This document shows, one piece after another, positions 37,887 to 50,300 of a stretch of 64,000 nt of DNA; position 1 is the stretch's first letter, and each line of letters begins with the position of its first letter. Under the pieces are notes generated by a model. That model saw only the letters and a program-made list of their open reading frames with translations, did no database searches and was not told the DNA's origin. A program made the position numbers and the translations under genes. The DNA is from Hyaloraphidium curvatum SAG 235-1 (Eukaryota > Fungi > Monoblepharomycota). Location of the stretch: assembly GCA_025558095.1 (NCBI GenBank), contig JAIVFI010000012.1, positions 434,001 through 498,000 on the forward strand. The letters are read 5' to 3'.

Positions 37887-40800
37887 TCATCGCTGCCATC
37901 GCACCTCTTCACCGTGACTAAGTTGCTGCCAAAAATGCTGTGCGCCAACTACGTCAATTGAGATTTTGCGGGCGTCGAGACTGCGAACCTTTGCGATCTC
38001 GTCCGGATGCGCCGAAACACCCGTTCGGGCGAGGCGCATGGACTCCCTGACGATCGCCGAGACAGAGTTGAGGTCAAAGCTCGCTGCGACGAAGAGCTTT
38101 TAGTACTGCTCCATCTGCGAGGAACGGTCGTAGCACACTACCCTTGCTTCCGGAGAGGAAAGGATGAGCAAGCAGCTCGGGAATGGTTGCACGCCTCTTC
38201 GGGTCGCGATCGAGGCACCGCCGCAGCACCTCGTCGGCGAGCGAGAAGCTGGATGGCGGGAAAGGAATCGCGAACTCTGGATCCACGATGGCGTGGAGCT
38301 TCTTGATCATCGACGTGATCGATCCGAACGGCGGCTGCCCAAAGACCATTTGGTACAGGATGCAACCCAGGGACCAGACATCGCTGGGGCGTCCGAGCTG
38401 TGTTGGATGACATTAGGCAGCCGAACCAATCGAAGCGCTCATTCCAGCAACGGACCTTTAGATATTGCCGCTTGCTGCCGGTCATGTCAGTGATGCTCTC
38501 GGGGCTCATGTAGTTCACCGTCCCGGTCTGCGGACCCGGGAGACACGAGTTCAGACCGGCGCAACCCGGGATGTCCGTGAACCGACCTGGTGCTCCCTGT
38601 GGATATTTGTCGTGTCGTTCGGGATGCTCTTTGCGATCCCGAAGTCGATCTGTGCAGATGCAACTTCAGAAAAGCAAAGGTGCTTGAGGTTGTGCCCTGC
38701 TCACCAGTTTCAAAGAACCTTCGACGAGGAGGAAGTTCTGGCGGAGAGGATCACCGTTACTTCATTCCTTCGAGGTGTTCAGAAACTAACTCACTGCCGG
38801 CTTCAGATCGGTGTGGATGATGTTCTCCTCGTGTATGGCGTGCACGGCCTGAAGCATCTGCGTGGGACCCAATGAGCTCCAAGTTCGGTCCATAGCTGCC
38901 AAACGCAGACCTGTTCCCAATACATGCGAATGAAATTGATGCTCAGGTTTCCTTGCTCGCGCTTCATGAGCGTCGCCAGGTCCACCTCGCCCAGCTCCAT
39001 CACCTGGCCAGGATCGCGCTCAGCGAACGTCACGCGCATTCAATGCGGAGGTCGCACCATGAGGATGAAATCCTCGTTCATTTCCGCGTCGATCAAGCGG
39101 ATGATGCGCTCGTTCTTGCGCAGCTTCTGGAGCAGCGAGATTTCGTTGCGATAGCCCTCGGTGGCGAACTGGTCCGCTGTTTTCAGGTTCACTTTCTTCA
39201 GCGCATACTGCTTTCCGTCCGCTGCCATGAGCTTGTACACCTTGCTCGAGCCGCCCCGACCGATGACCTCGAGGCGTGCGTAGATGACGCCATTGACCTG
39301 GTTCCGCGGTGGTTCAAGTAGCTGGAGCGATCCGGCATCGATCGGCTTACCTCGATGTGGGTTTTCGGGTTCAACACCGTTCGCTGCAAGGGAGGTGTTG
39401 GCAAGGGAGGTCTGTCGGCGGGTCTGGATAGCGCTGCCGGAGGTCGCGGGGGTTCGGCTGCCAGCGCCTGGTTGATCGTTTGATCTCCAGACGGGGATTT
39501 GGTGTCTTCTGCGGGCGAAACCCGGCGGCCGCCTTCCGGGTTCCAGTGGGATGCCAAAACCGTGGCAGACGGGTCGCCCATCGCCTGGGCGGAGAGCGCC
39601 GGTTGCTCATCCTGGGCATAATTGTGCCTACTTGAGACCGTTGATGGTACGTGGCGCACTGTAGCATTGTCCTGTTCGGGCTCCCTGTCCGGCAGTACAG
39701 CGCTTCCGCTCGAAACGGGATGAGTGGCGCCAGTGGAAGACGTCAATCCATGCCCCGCTCTTGCCCGCGTTTCGGAGTAGATTTTCAGAGGGGTTACCTC
39801 CGACGATGCAGCCGCTGAGCTGGGCGTCAGTGCATGGCTGCCGCGCGGCGGCAGTTCGCTCACCAGCATCGCTCTCGGGTGAGTCAGAGTCGGGACCGGA
39901 GCTCTGGGGGGATCCGTCGGTCCCAAGGAGCACGTGCCGTTTGGGCGGACCTTCAAGTACGTCCGATGAGCGGGGGAGCACGCAGACCCAGCGAAAGGCG
40001 TTCGTACCGAGGCGTTTCCGATCCAGCCGCCGTAAGCGGCTTTGGAGGCCCGAGGACGCCGGCTCCGAAGTCCCAGAATCCCTCGACGCCCCAGAACCGA
40101 TTTTGAAGGAAGTGCGGTCCTCATGGTCCGCGCGCGGGGTCTTGATGGTCATCGCGTCGATGCTCGAAACAAGCTCCTCCCCAGCCACCGCGCTCGGCGT
40201 CGACGAGATCGCAGCAACTTGCTGTGCTTCGCTGGATTCCTTTCCTCCCGGTCCCACGGGCTTTGCCATGGCGATCGCAGAACGGAGAGGAACCGCGGTT
40301 TCTTGGGCAGCGTTCGGCTCCGGTGGCTCGCGCAGTTGGCGGGGCGGCACGTTCTCCTTGTCATTGAAGGGAACGGGCGCTGGGGGGCTTTGCACTGACA
40401 ACGCCCGGCCATCCACGCTCATAGACCCGATGTTTGCCCCTGGCACAGTGTTCGAAGGCCTCGCCGATCGAGAACCAGGTTCCAGATGAGACGGCAGGTT
40501 CTCCAAGTAGTCCACGAGAAGGTCAGCTGGCTGCGCATTGAGTGACATTCCAGTTGCGATAGTGTTCTTTGCCGCTTCCAGAGAGCCTGCAGATTGTAGG
40601 TGAGCCCCGTTTAGAGAGGGCATGGTGCAATCCCACCCCTTTCAAGTTCGCAGTCGGCAAGGCCGACGTAGAATTTGGCCGACCGCAACCCTATCTTCGA
40701 TGTCCGCATTCGTCGGTAGACCGAAGTCGCGTCGTCGCTTCCGCCGGCCTCGCTGTCGCCCGCCACCGCAATCAGTATTGAGCCACGCCCGCTGGAGCGA

Positions 40801-41165
40801 AAACGCGCACTTGCACAGCCTGGCATACTCGAGCCAGATATCGATGAGGAGGCCGTTGTTTCTGTGGAGCTCCACCGACATCTTTTCCGTGGCCTCCTTG
40901 AACAGGGCGAGCAGCGTTCGAGAGAGCCCGCCCGGTCCGTCCGGCGTACGCGTCCCTCTGGCCGCCTTGACCCGCTCGGCATTCAGAAACTCCGCCCATG
41001 CTAGCCAAAGAGGCGCCAGAATATACGGCAATCAGGTCGGAGACGAGCCGAGAAGGGTGTGCCTCGCGGACCTCCCGGATGGTTGTTGGCTTCCTCAATC
41101 TTCCTCCGCCACACGGACCTCTCGAGCTTGTCCGCTTCCATGCTCCATGCGCTGCTCCCGCTCAT
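37887..41165 (-). CDS. MPS1: Mps1/TTK kinase (multi-exon; ends approximate)
   Basis: IGRGGSSKVYK, GYRNEISLL, MELGEVDLA, IDFGIAK, GTVNYMSPES, DVWSLGCILYQMVFG. Confidence 0.9.
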
Positions 41166-41287
41166 GGCATTCCGGGACCGGCGCGCCTGGCGGCCATGCC
41201 CCCAATGTGCTTTTGGGAGGCAGGAGAATTCGTAGTCGCCGTAATGGACTCGGCGGGGAGCATCACCAACATCATCAATCGAGGTCG

Positions 41288-42196
41288 TCACATCCACAGC
41301 TTCTTCAGCGGCTCTTCTGCCGAGTCTTCGGCAACCTTCAGCACCTTCGACCACATCGCCTCCGTAACTTGAGCCATTGATTGGCCCGCGTCCACCACCT
41401 GGGGCAGAGCAAAGGAATGATCAGGACTGACCGGCAAGAAAGGCAGAGCGTGGTGCCCTCGCCTGCCACGTCTCGTCTTTAAGATCTTGGAACACCGATG
41501 CCACGCCCTCCTGCATCTCCTTGGTTTCGTACCTCTCGCCTCCAAACCCCTCCCGTTGGGCAGCGGCGTCGCCCGAGATGCTGAGGTAAAAGACGACGTC
41601 CGGTCGCACGAGCCCCGAGTCCGGAGCCTTGCACCAGGGCAGTTCCAGTCCCTGCGTTGCGACTGCCTTGAGGAAAACGTTGCTATTGGGGTGCACTACG
41701 GTCAAACCTTGGCGACGCTGTACGCCACCCCCGAATACGCGTAGCGATCTGCAATGACATGGACTCCGGATCGCAGTACGCGCTCAATGTCGTCGCTGGC
41801 GGCGATTGGCGGTCCAGCGATCCCGAGTAGGTACGGCAGGCATTGCCGAACCTGTGCTCCCACCGGTTGGCGGAAAAGAGGAGGTGCACGGCCCGAGCAT
41901 CCAGGTTCGCTTCGCTCTTCAGGTAGTCGTTGATCATTTGGCCAATTCGGGTCGTCCGGTCTGGAGGGCTCTCGTCGGCGCGACGAAAACGCGGTGGGCC
42001 GAACCCCGCATACCGGGGAACCTCCGCAACTCCGCCTTCCTCCCGCTGACATTTAATCTATCGAGGAGTGCTCGGCATTGTGTCGACTTCCCCGAGCGGT
42101 CGGCACCCTCTAGGTTGGCGGGTTGGACACGATGAGAGACACCCCCTGTCCCCCGGAGGAGGTCCTACCGAGCACGATGAAGATACCGCGAGGCAT
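41288..42196 (-). CDS. CDC8: Thymidylate kinase (spliced)
   Basis: MPRGIFIVL|[41 protein letters not shown]. Confidence 0.93.
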
Positions 42197-42367
42197 GGCA
42201 CGGGCATGTAATGCACAAATCAGTTGCGCCAACCTGCTTTGACAGCGAATAGGAGAGATAGATTCGGAGGGTGATGCCGCAGCAGCGGCTGCGCGCTGGC
42301 CCGCCCGGCGGCCGCCTTCTCAGACCACACTGTCCTCGCGTCGGCGGGCAGCCGGGCAGGCGGAGAA

Positions 42368-44303
42368 ATGGCTCTGGGGTCCGAGGAGGAGTTCAACGAG
42401 GCGCGTGCAGCACCAAGCTGGACGGGGATTCCTGTTGACACCCATCGGTTGGCGAGCAGGCTCTCGCGAAGCACCTACAAGCTCGAGGCACTACGCTCCC
42501 CACGGATCTGCAAGTGGGCGGCAAGGTGGTTTCATTACGGGCTCTGTACGAGGCTGTGCGGGAAAATGGCGGCTCCGGCAAGGTTGGGTTGCCCGTACTG
42601 GAGCCGTGGGCGGACCGGTGACGGACGACTTGACAGTCGCGGGACGCGCGATGGTGGAGACATGTCGCTTCCATATTCGATCTTGGCTCCTCTTCCAACG
42701 CCATTATGGGTCAGTTGGAGCGGCTGAACGGACTGGGATGGCGGTTCATGAATCAATCGCCAAACAGCGCTGCGGAACGCGTATACCACCTATCTTGCGG
42801 ACTTTGAGAAGCTGCAATCCGCCGAAGCAAACCACCAGGGCGGTATGTGGACGTGTCTGGTCTTGGACTCCAGTCGCTCATTGATCAACGGCGCTCCAGC
42901 ATCTTCCTCAGCCGCAGCTGCGCCGAATGCTGCGGACATCGCCGGCGCAACGGTGCCGAAGCCACTCTACCTCCCCTTCCGGCGTGATGTTGCCGCGGAG
43001 AATGGTGGCTACGACCCAGCGCTGCTGGAGGGGGAGGTTTTGCCCCGCACCAAGAAGCTCCAGAAAGAAGAGTTCGGTATGTCTGCTGGGACCTTCCGGG
43101 GCCAAATCGCCTGAGCCGGGTTTCCCAGGGTCCGTCGACTTGATGCGGATTGGCATGCACCTCAGGAGTGGGCAGAACTTCGAGATGTCTTACGGACTGA
43201 ACGTTCTGACGGTGATCTCTGCCGAGATGGATGTTCCTTTGGTGCACACTCCGGAGCTCGTGGCGGTCATGTTTGAGCTTTGGCAGCTGGGTCTCGGGGT
43301 CCTTCGGGAGCTCATCGGAGCGGTCGAAGACGGGAGCGGCTTCGACTACGACTGGAGCTACCGAAGCGCGGTCGACGGCCTGGCCGTTTTCCGGCTGGCT
43401 GAGGCGAACGACCCGACGGACGAGCGGGTGAAAGCGGGGAGCCGCGTGCTCGCGATCACGGACGCTTTTCGGAACCTGTCCTTCTCCCCGGAGAACCAGA
43501 AGTACTTGGGGAAGGATGCCGGGTTTCTGTCGCTACTCGTGGACACTCTGTCGTTGAAGCTGCCCGAGCCAGAACAAGAAGGGATGCGTGGCCGGGAGCC
43601 TTTGGAGGGGCGCGCCCTCGTTTTGGAGCTGCACAAGAACATGGTCACGCTCCTCTCCAACATTGCTGGAGAAGTGAAGCTGTCGTCGCCGTTTGCGGCC
43701 AGCCGCGTCCTGCGGTTCATGCTGGGTTTCCTCGGGGATGAACCGAATCCGGAAACGGAGTTGGGTCCTTACTCGTTCCCGGCCTTGGAGGCTTTTGCCA
43801 AAATCTGCCTGCTCATCGACAATCGGGAACTGCTGGCGTGGAATTCGGAGCTCCTCGGACTGGAGGCTTGGATCCCCAGGCTCGCGCGCTATCTAACCTT
43901 TGCCGCGAAGGACTTTTCCTTCACACCGCAGCGGCTCGCTGTGCTGGAACTCGCCCTGATGGCCCTCTACAATCTGAGCAGTCTGAACGAGGAACTACGA
44001 AGGACCGTCATTGCTCAGCCCGGGGCCATTCAGAACCTTTTCAGCATTGCTATGGCGGGCAATCCCGGCGCAGTGCACATCACACTGGGCCTGCAGTGGA
44101 CCATGGTCCGCGCCAAGGCGGCGCAGATACTCCGGGAACTGGCGAGGAGCGAGGCGAGCCATGCTACCTTCCGGACATTCGAATATGTGATGCTCGCCCT
44201 CCTCATGGACTACCGATCCCAGCCCACGAGCGAGGAACGGACGGCTGTCGACGAGCTTGTAACTGCGTTCCATGGTATCCTCTTTTCGCTGCAGCTCGGG
44301 TAG
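42368..44303 (+). CDS. ARID plus ARM-repeat protein, Swi1/BAF250-like
   Basis: ARID-like DLYKLFVLV-type region with YLRTLRSC/YE helix, GSVDLMRIGMHLRSG, DAFRNLSFSPENQ. Confidence 0.7.
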
Positions 44304-44312
44304 ACCGATGGG

Positions 44313-45887
44313 TCACAGCGATTTGCGGTACACAGCCGTGGGACCCAGCTGTGGCAGCGAGGTGAGCGAATGAAGGCGGCTGGTAGCGGCGGTTGCCCAC
44401 CTCATTGTAGTCGGCCCGTGTAATCCATACCCTCTCGGTCGTAGTTTTGAAGATGGCCTGCGCAGTAATCTGGGCGCCGACAAATGCCATGTCCTGCGGT
44501 CTCTCCTTCATCTTTGTGAAGTACTCGGGAGGTTTCACGAACTTCAGCTCCTTTGGTTGAAGGTCATTTGCCGTTTCCGAGGCCGCAACAAATTGCGTAA
44601 GCTCCTCCTCGAGACGCTCTCGAAGGCCTGCGAACGCCGTCAGCGTTCTGTCTCCAAAGACCGCTCCGTCAAAAGAACGCACCCTTCACGGCACTCAAAC
44701 CTCCACACAGGACCACGTTCTCATACAGGGGTATTCGTTTCTCCAGATCCACGCGCAAAATAGCCAGATCCATAGCCTCCGGAAGGCTCATCACGCTCTT
44801 GCCATTCAGCGCGGGATCAAAAAGCACCTCCATACACTGCAGCCGGGCGGAGCCGATGGATACCTTGCAAAGCCAGCACCGGTCAGCCCATCTCCAGCGC
44901 GGCCCAGTTCGAAACGAAACACGCACAGATTTGCCATCGATGTCGACTGCAGGCCCTTGATCTTGCGCTGGCCTCGACAGCCTCGCCCCCGGACCGTACA
45001 TCACCTCACATATCCCAGATTCCTTGATTCGCCGGCAGTCGGCAACGTCGGGGGAACGTCCCAAAGCGGCTTCCAAGGCCGCATCGCTCCGAAGAAGTTT
45101 AAGCATGTACTGCTCAACATCACTGCCTCCCAAGGGAATCCGTTGCACTGCCTCCAGGAGCAAGACGCTGTCAAATACAGGGGTAATGTCTTCGTACGCG
45201 AGCGACCGATTGGAAACTTTCCGAGGAGCGAGAACGCCGGATTCTCACCTATGGAATCATGGCCAAGGTCGACGACGAGCCCCGTGACGAGGGCATGGCT
45301 GTACAGTGCCATCAAGGGTTGCTGGACAATGTAGAAGCCCAGCACTTGCAATCTCTCGAAAGCGGCCTGGGTCGCAAGTTCCCAGGAATCCAAAGCGAAG
45401 CTGACGGGCACCGATAGCAACAGAGGGTGCTCTGCCTTGGCCTTCTTTTGCGGCTGCTGCTGCTGCTGAAGCCGTTGGAAGCAATGCTGTCTGGGGTCCA
45501 GAATCAAAAGCTGCCCGCTAGCGCCGTCGCAAAAGGTCCCACAAGAGAGCTTCTAACGCGGGCCAGTCCGCCACGTGCCCACGGTGGATCAGGTCCCGAT
45601 ATGTGACCGCCGGCCCATCCTCGTTCTCGCGCAGGTACGACTCGATCTCGTCGCCAAATAGCATCTCTCCCCCTGCATCTCCATCTCCCTCTCCGTCCTG
45701 CTGGGGAGAGACAATGCCAACTCTCGTCGATATCCTCTGTCGAGAACCGAAGCTGTGGGCACAGAGCATCGTCTTCGGCGGCACGCCGAACCTCTGTCGG
45801 TCCGCTCTGCGGCTCTGCCCTTCCCGCTCTGATTTGGTAGGAGCCAATCTCAAACACGAATATGTTCTGGTCCGTGAAATGTGCCAT
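44313..45887 (-). CDS. ARP9: Actin-related protein, Arp9-like (spliced)
   Basis: FVFEIGSYQIRAG, GLVVDLGH, YENVVLCGG, KPPEYFTKMKE..AFVGAQITAQAIF, ITRADYNE. Confidence 0.75.
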
Positions 45888-46021
45888 TGGGGGTCCCGAG
45901 TCGGCGTCTACGGTGACGGGTCGCGGGTCGCGGCCAACGTCACCACCAAACCTGCGCGCGTTGCGGCCCGGGGGAACGCGTCAGACGCGTCTGGACGCTG
46001 ACTTTTCCTCGAGGATTCGCG

Positions 46022-46839
46022 ATGGAGACGAATCCCCGGGGAATACCGCGGGCACCGTTCGTCGTGCGTCGCTGTTGGCCCGCGCCCGGCTCGGCAACCT
46101 CGGCAACTGGCCCCCTCTCACCGTAGGCGAAAGTGGAAGACTTCCTCACCGGCTCGGATGCCGAAACGACTCTGGATAAGTTTTCCGAGATGCGGTCGTC
46201 AGTGGACGTGTGTGTCTGCCGGGGGGTTCCTGAGGCGGTCCCGCCGTCGCAGGAAGTACGCCTTCATGGAGGACCAACTCCTGAGGAAACGACGGAGCCT
46301 TCAGGAGAAGATTCCGGAGCTCGAGAAGACTTTGGAGGCTGTCAAGTTCTTTGTCTCGAAACAGGTACGGGTATCGCACTCGAGCCCAGGGACAGCATGT
46401 GCTCATCTTGCTGGCTACCCTCAGGGGGAGGAGGAGCCCATCAAGGTTCGGTTCGAGCTCAATGATACCCTGTGGGCCAACGCCCGCATCCCACCGGGGG
46501 ACAAAGTTTGCCTGTGGCTTGGGGTTGGTTTTGCAGGTGCTGTCATTTCTGGAAACGTCCTCACGATCTCTGCAGGCAAACATCATGGTTCAGTACTCGA
46601 CAGATGAAGCTGCAACGCTTCTTTCTGATAAACTCTCGTCGGCCAAGACAAACCTGACTTACACCTTGGAGGACCTGGAGTTTCTGAAGGAGCAGATCAC
46701 GACAATGGAGGTGAAGTGGGTGATTAAAATGGCATGTGCCTATGGCGCTTGAGGCTGATTGATGGCTGCTTTGTGCAGCATTGCACGGGTTTACAACTAT
46801 GATGTAAAGCAAAGACGGGGCAAGGAGGCTGGAGAGTGA
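46022..46839 (+). CDS. PAC10: Prefoldin subunit 3 (spliced)
   Basis: NPRGIPRAPFV, FELNDTLWANA, VCLWLG|ANIMVQY, DLEFLKEQITTME, ARVYNYDVK. Confidence 0.93.
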
Positions 46840-46959
46840 CCTCAGGTTCCACTGTGTTTGTGCGTGTTGTATGATGATCAATCGATACCCCAGCTTGTAT
46901 GCAAACACCAGCATCCAAATCACTGAAGGGGGCATGGAGAGACTGGCAGCGGCAGCCCT

Positions 46960-47395
46960 ATCTCGTCTGCAGCTTCTGATCCCCTCTGCATTGGCCAACA
47001 GAAAGTGCTCTTCGTCTCCAATGTGCCCAGAGTCCTGCTTGCACGTTGCCTGCTGCATTGGCCATGCGAGTGATGCGAGAAGAACACTTCAGCAAGGAAC
47101 ACCGCATGAAGGGCCGGGTTGATCTCCGTACACGAAATCCGAACTTCAAGCCTTCCAGCAGCTCGTTGCACTCAGCCCAGGGAGCTAGCCGAGCATTCCA
47201 GACTCGGTAAAAGACCTTCTCCAGTGTCATCTCTATGCTGATGCCTCGGTAGTTGCCAGCCACGTTCTTGGGCCCCTTCTTGTGTAGCACAACCAGCTGT
47301 GTCTGGCCCCAGTCTCGCATGTTGACGCCATTGAGCACGTTGTTGAGCAGATCGACAACAGCTTGTTTCAGCACAGTGGTCCCGTAATTGACGAA
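46960..47395 (-). pseudogene. Diverged LINE relic: RT N-terminal fragment joined directly to C-terminal zinc-finger fragment
   Basis: 47075-47395 matches the RT segment (KGPKNVAGNYRGIS); 46965-47058 matches TCKQD..GDEEHFLL. Confidence 0.8.
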
Positions 47396-50300
47396 GAAGA
47401 AGAATAGTATTGGTGACCCTGACCTGCCCCTGGCTTGGCCGCTGTTACACCATGAGTTTGCTGCTAATTGCAAAGTTCATCGTCGTCGTGTGTCTTTTTC
47501 ATTTTCCCAGTTTTCCTGTCCTTCATGGACTTTGAGATGAAGCTGGCAATGGAGTTGAGGGCCTTCTCCTTCTGCCGCCTCGCTTTGATCGTGGGCTCGA
47601 ACTCCTTGATGCTAAGAGCCCAGAGCCAGGTCTCCATGTTCCACTCGCGGCCTAGTGCTTCCAATCTAGTCTGCAGCTTCTGGCGCCGCTCCGCATTTGC
47701 TGAACAGTGAAACAGAAAGTGTTATTCGTCTCCAATGTGCTCAGGGTCATGCTTGCACGTTCTCTGCTGCACCTCAAGTCCTTGGTGCCTGCCTGTCTCC
47801 ACCTCCAGGTCGTGGGTAGAGCACAGCAACTTTTGGACATCCCTCCGGTGCTTCTCCACCCGGATTAGGGATGGTCCGATGTGGCCAAAGGTCATGTCAC
47901 ACATCCTCCAAAAGTGCAGTTTGTCGTTGTCCTTGAGCCTCTGGGCATTGATCTCCCTGAACTTGCCCTTCACAAGATTCTCCACAGTCTTCTTGGGCCA
48001 TGAGAAAGTGTCCTTCTCCCACATCTCCCTCCCATCTTCGCCGCCATAGTATACAAGTAGTTCCCTCAGGAAGGCAGCCCAGTTCCAGGACCCCTTCAGT
48101 GCCTCGATCTTGAGCTCTTTGTAAAGAAGGTACAGCGCAGGATCCGCTGTTTTGATGCGCATGAGGAACTTGGGAGCCGACTCATGGTCATGAACTGCAA
48201 GAGGGTACTGGCCAGTGATCGCGTACAGACAAGCCAGGGAGGTAGACGTGGGCCAATGAGTGACAGCACGAAGGGCCATGCATGTCACTTGTCCCTGGTG
48301 CTTTCCCCGGCAAGGTACTCCTCCTTCGGCATCTCCACAATGAACGGGTTCCCATATTGGCCCACTGCCTTGGCCTTCGTGTTGTAGCAGAGCTTGAGCT
48401 GCTGGAGGTCAGGACTCATCCCAGGCTGCTCCCTGATGTCACGGAGCCAGAGCCCATAAGCAGCGTTCATCTTGGCCTCTCTGCCATGCACATGGTCCTT
48501 GCTCCGGCCGGTTGAGGTCAGCTGATACCCCAGAAGCTTGAAGCTGTCAACCCTCTTCAGCTCCTGGTCCCTGTACATGAGCTTTACACGGTGAGGTATC
48601 TTCCTGGCCATCCACTCTGTCTTGCTGACGTTGATCTCCTTTGCATTGTCGCTTGAAGTTTCTTCTTTGCTTTGCTTTGCCCAGCTCTGCAGTTTGCCGC
48701 AACGTGTCCCGACTTGCCACATGTGAAGCAAAGGTTCTCGTCGCGACGCTCCATGTACTCCTCTTGGCTCAGATCGAAGCCTCGATTTCCTTCTTCATGG
48801 CGGCCTTGGTCGTTGTCATGACCATTACCGCTTCCCCAACAAGATGAAGAACAGAACAGCGACGAGAGGGGAACCGTGTTTCACTCCAGTCAGGAACTTC
48901 ATGAAGTCCGACTTGGTCCCATCCTCATCCCAGAGCCTTCCCCACACCCGCCCGAACGCCATCTCAAACACGTCAACAACCTGTTTGGGTACACCCATCT
49001 GCTCCAGTTTCTTCCACAACCTCGGGCACTCCACCGTGTCAAAAGCCTTTGTGAAATCTACAAACACCATAATCGGCTTCTCCTTGCGTGCCTTGGCCAA
49101 GGAGAAGAGCGCCTCAGCGAGGAACACTGCATGAAGGGTGGACCTCCGTACCCGGAATCCAAACTGCGAGCCCTTCCAGCATCGCAGCTTGTTGCACTGA
49201 GCCCAGGGAGCTAGCCGAGCATTCCAGACCAGGGAAAAGACCTTCTCCAGGGTCCTCTCTATGCTGATACCCTGGTAGTTGTTGCCAGCCACGTTCTTGG
49301 GCCCCTTCTTGTGTAGCACAACCAGCTGTGTCTGGCCCCAGTCTCGCATGTTGACGCCATTGAGCACGTTGTTGAGCAGATCGACAACAGCTTGTTTCAG
49401 CACAGTGGTCCCGTAATTGACGAAGAAGAAGAATAGTATTGGTGACCCTGACCTGCCCCTGGCTTGGCCGCTGTTACACCATGAGTTTGCTGCTAATTGC
49501 AAAGTTCATCGTCGTCGTGTGTCTTTTTCATTTTCCCAGTTTTCCTGTCCTTCATGGACTTTGAGATGAAGCTGGCAATGGAGTTGAGGGCCTTCTCCTT
49601 CTGCCGCCTTGCTTTGATCGTGGGCTCGAACTCCTTGATGCTAAGAGCCCAGAGCCAGGTCTCCATGTTCCACTCGCGGCCTAGTGCTTCCAATCTAGTC
49701 TGCAGCTTCTGGCGCCGCTCCGCATTTGCTGAACAGTGAAACAGAAAGTGTTATTCGTCTCCAATGTGCTCAGGGTCATGCTTGCACGTTCTCTGCTGCA
49801 CCTCAAGTCCTTGGTGCCTGCCTGTCTCCACCTCCAGGTCGTGGGTAGAGCACAGCAACTTTTGGACATCCCTCCGGTGCTTCTCCACCCGGATTAGGGA
49901 TGGTCCGATGTGGCCAAAGGTCATGTCACACATCCTCCAAAAGTGCAGTTTGTCGTTGTCCTTGAGCCTCTGGGCATTGATCTCCCTGAACTTGCCCTTC
50001 ACAAGATTCTCCACAGTCTTCTTGGGCCATGAGAAAGTGTCCTTCTCCCACATCTCCCTCCCATCTTCGCCGCCATAGTATACAAGTAGTTCCCTCAGGA
50101 AGGCAGCCCAGTTCCAGGACCCCTTCAGTGCCTCGATCTTGAGCTCTTTGTAAAGAAGGTACAGCGCAGGATCCGCTGTTTTGATGCGCATGAGGAACTT
50201 GGGAGCCGACTCATGGTCATGAACTGCAAGAGGGTACTGGCCAGTGATCGCGTACAGACAAGCCAGGGAGGTAGACGTGGGCCAATGAGTGACAGCACGA

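Noticed and set aside
47411-47423. TGGTGACCC(T/G)GAC resembling a tRNA-Trp primer-binding site (also 61401-61413)
   Set aside because: Not preceded by an LTR end. On the other strand it is one arm of the LINE 3' UTR stem-loop directly before the tail.
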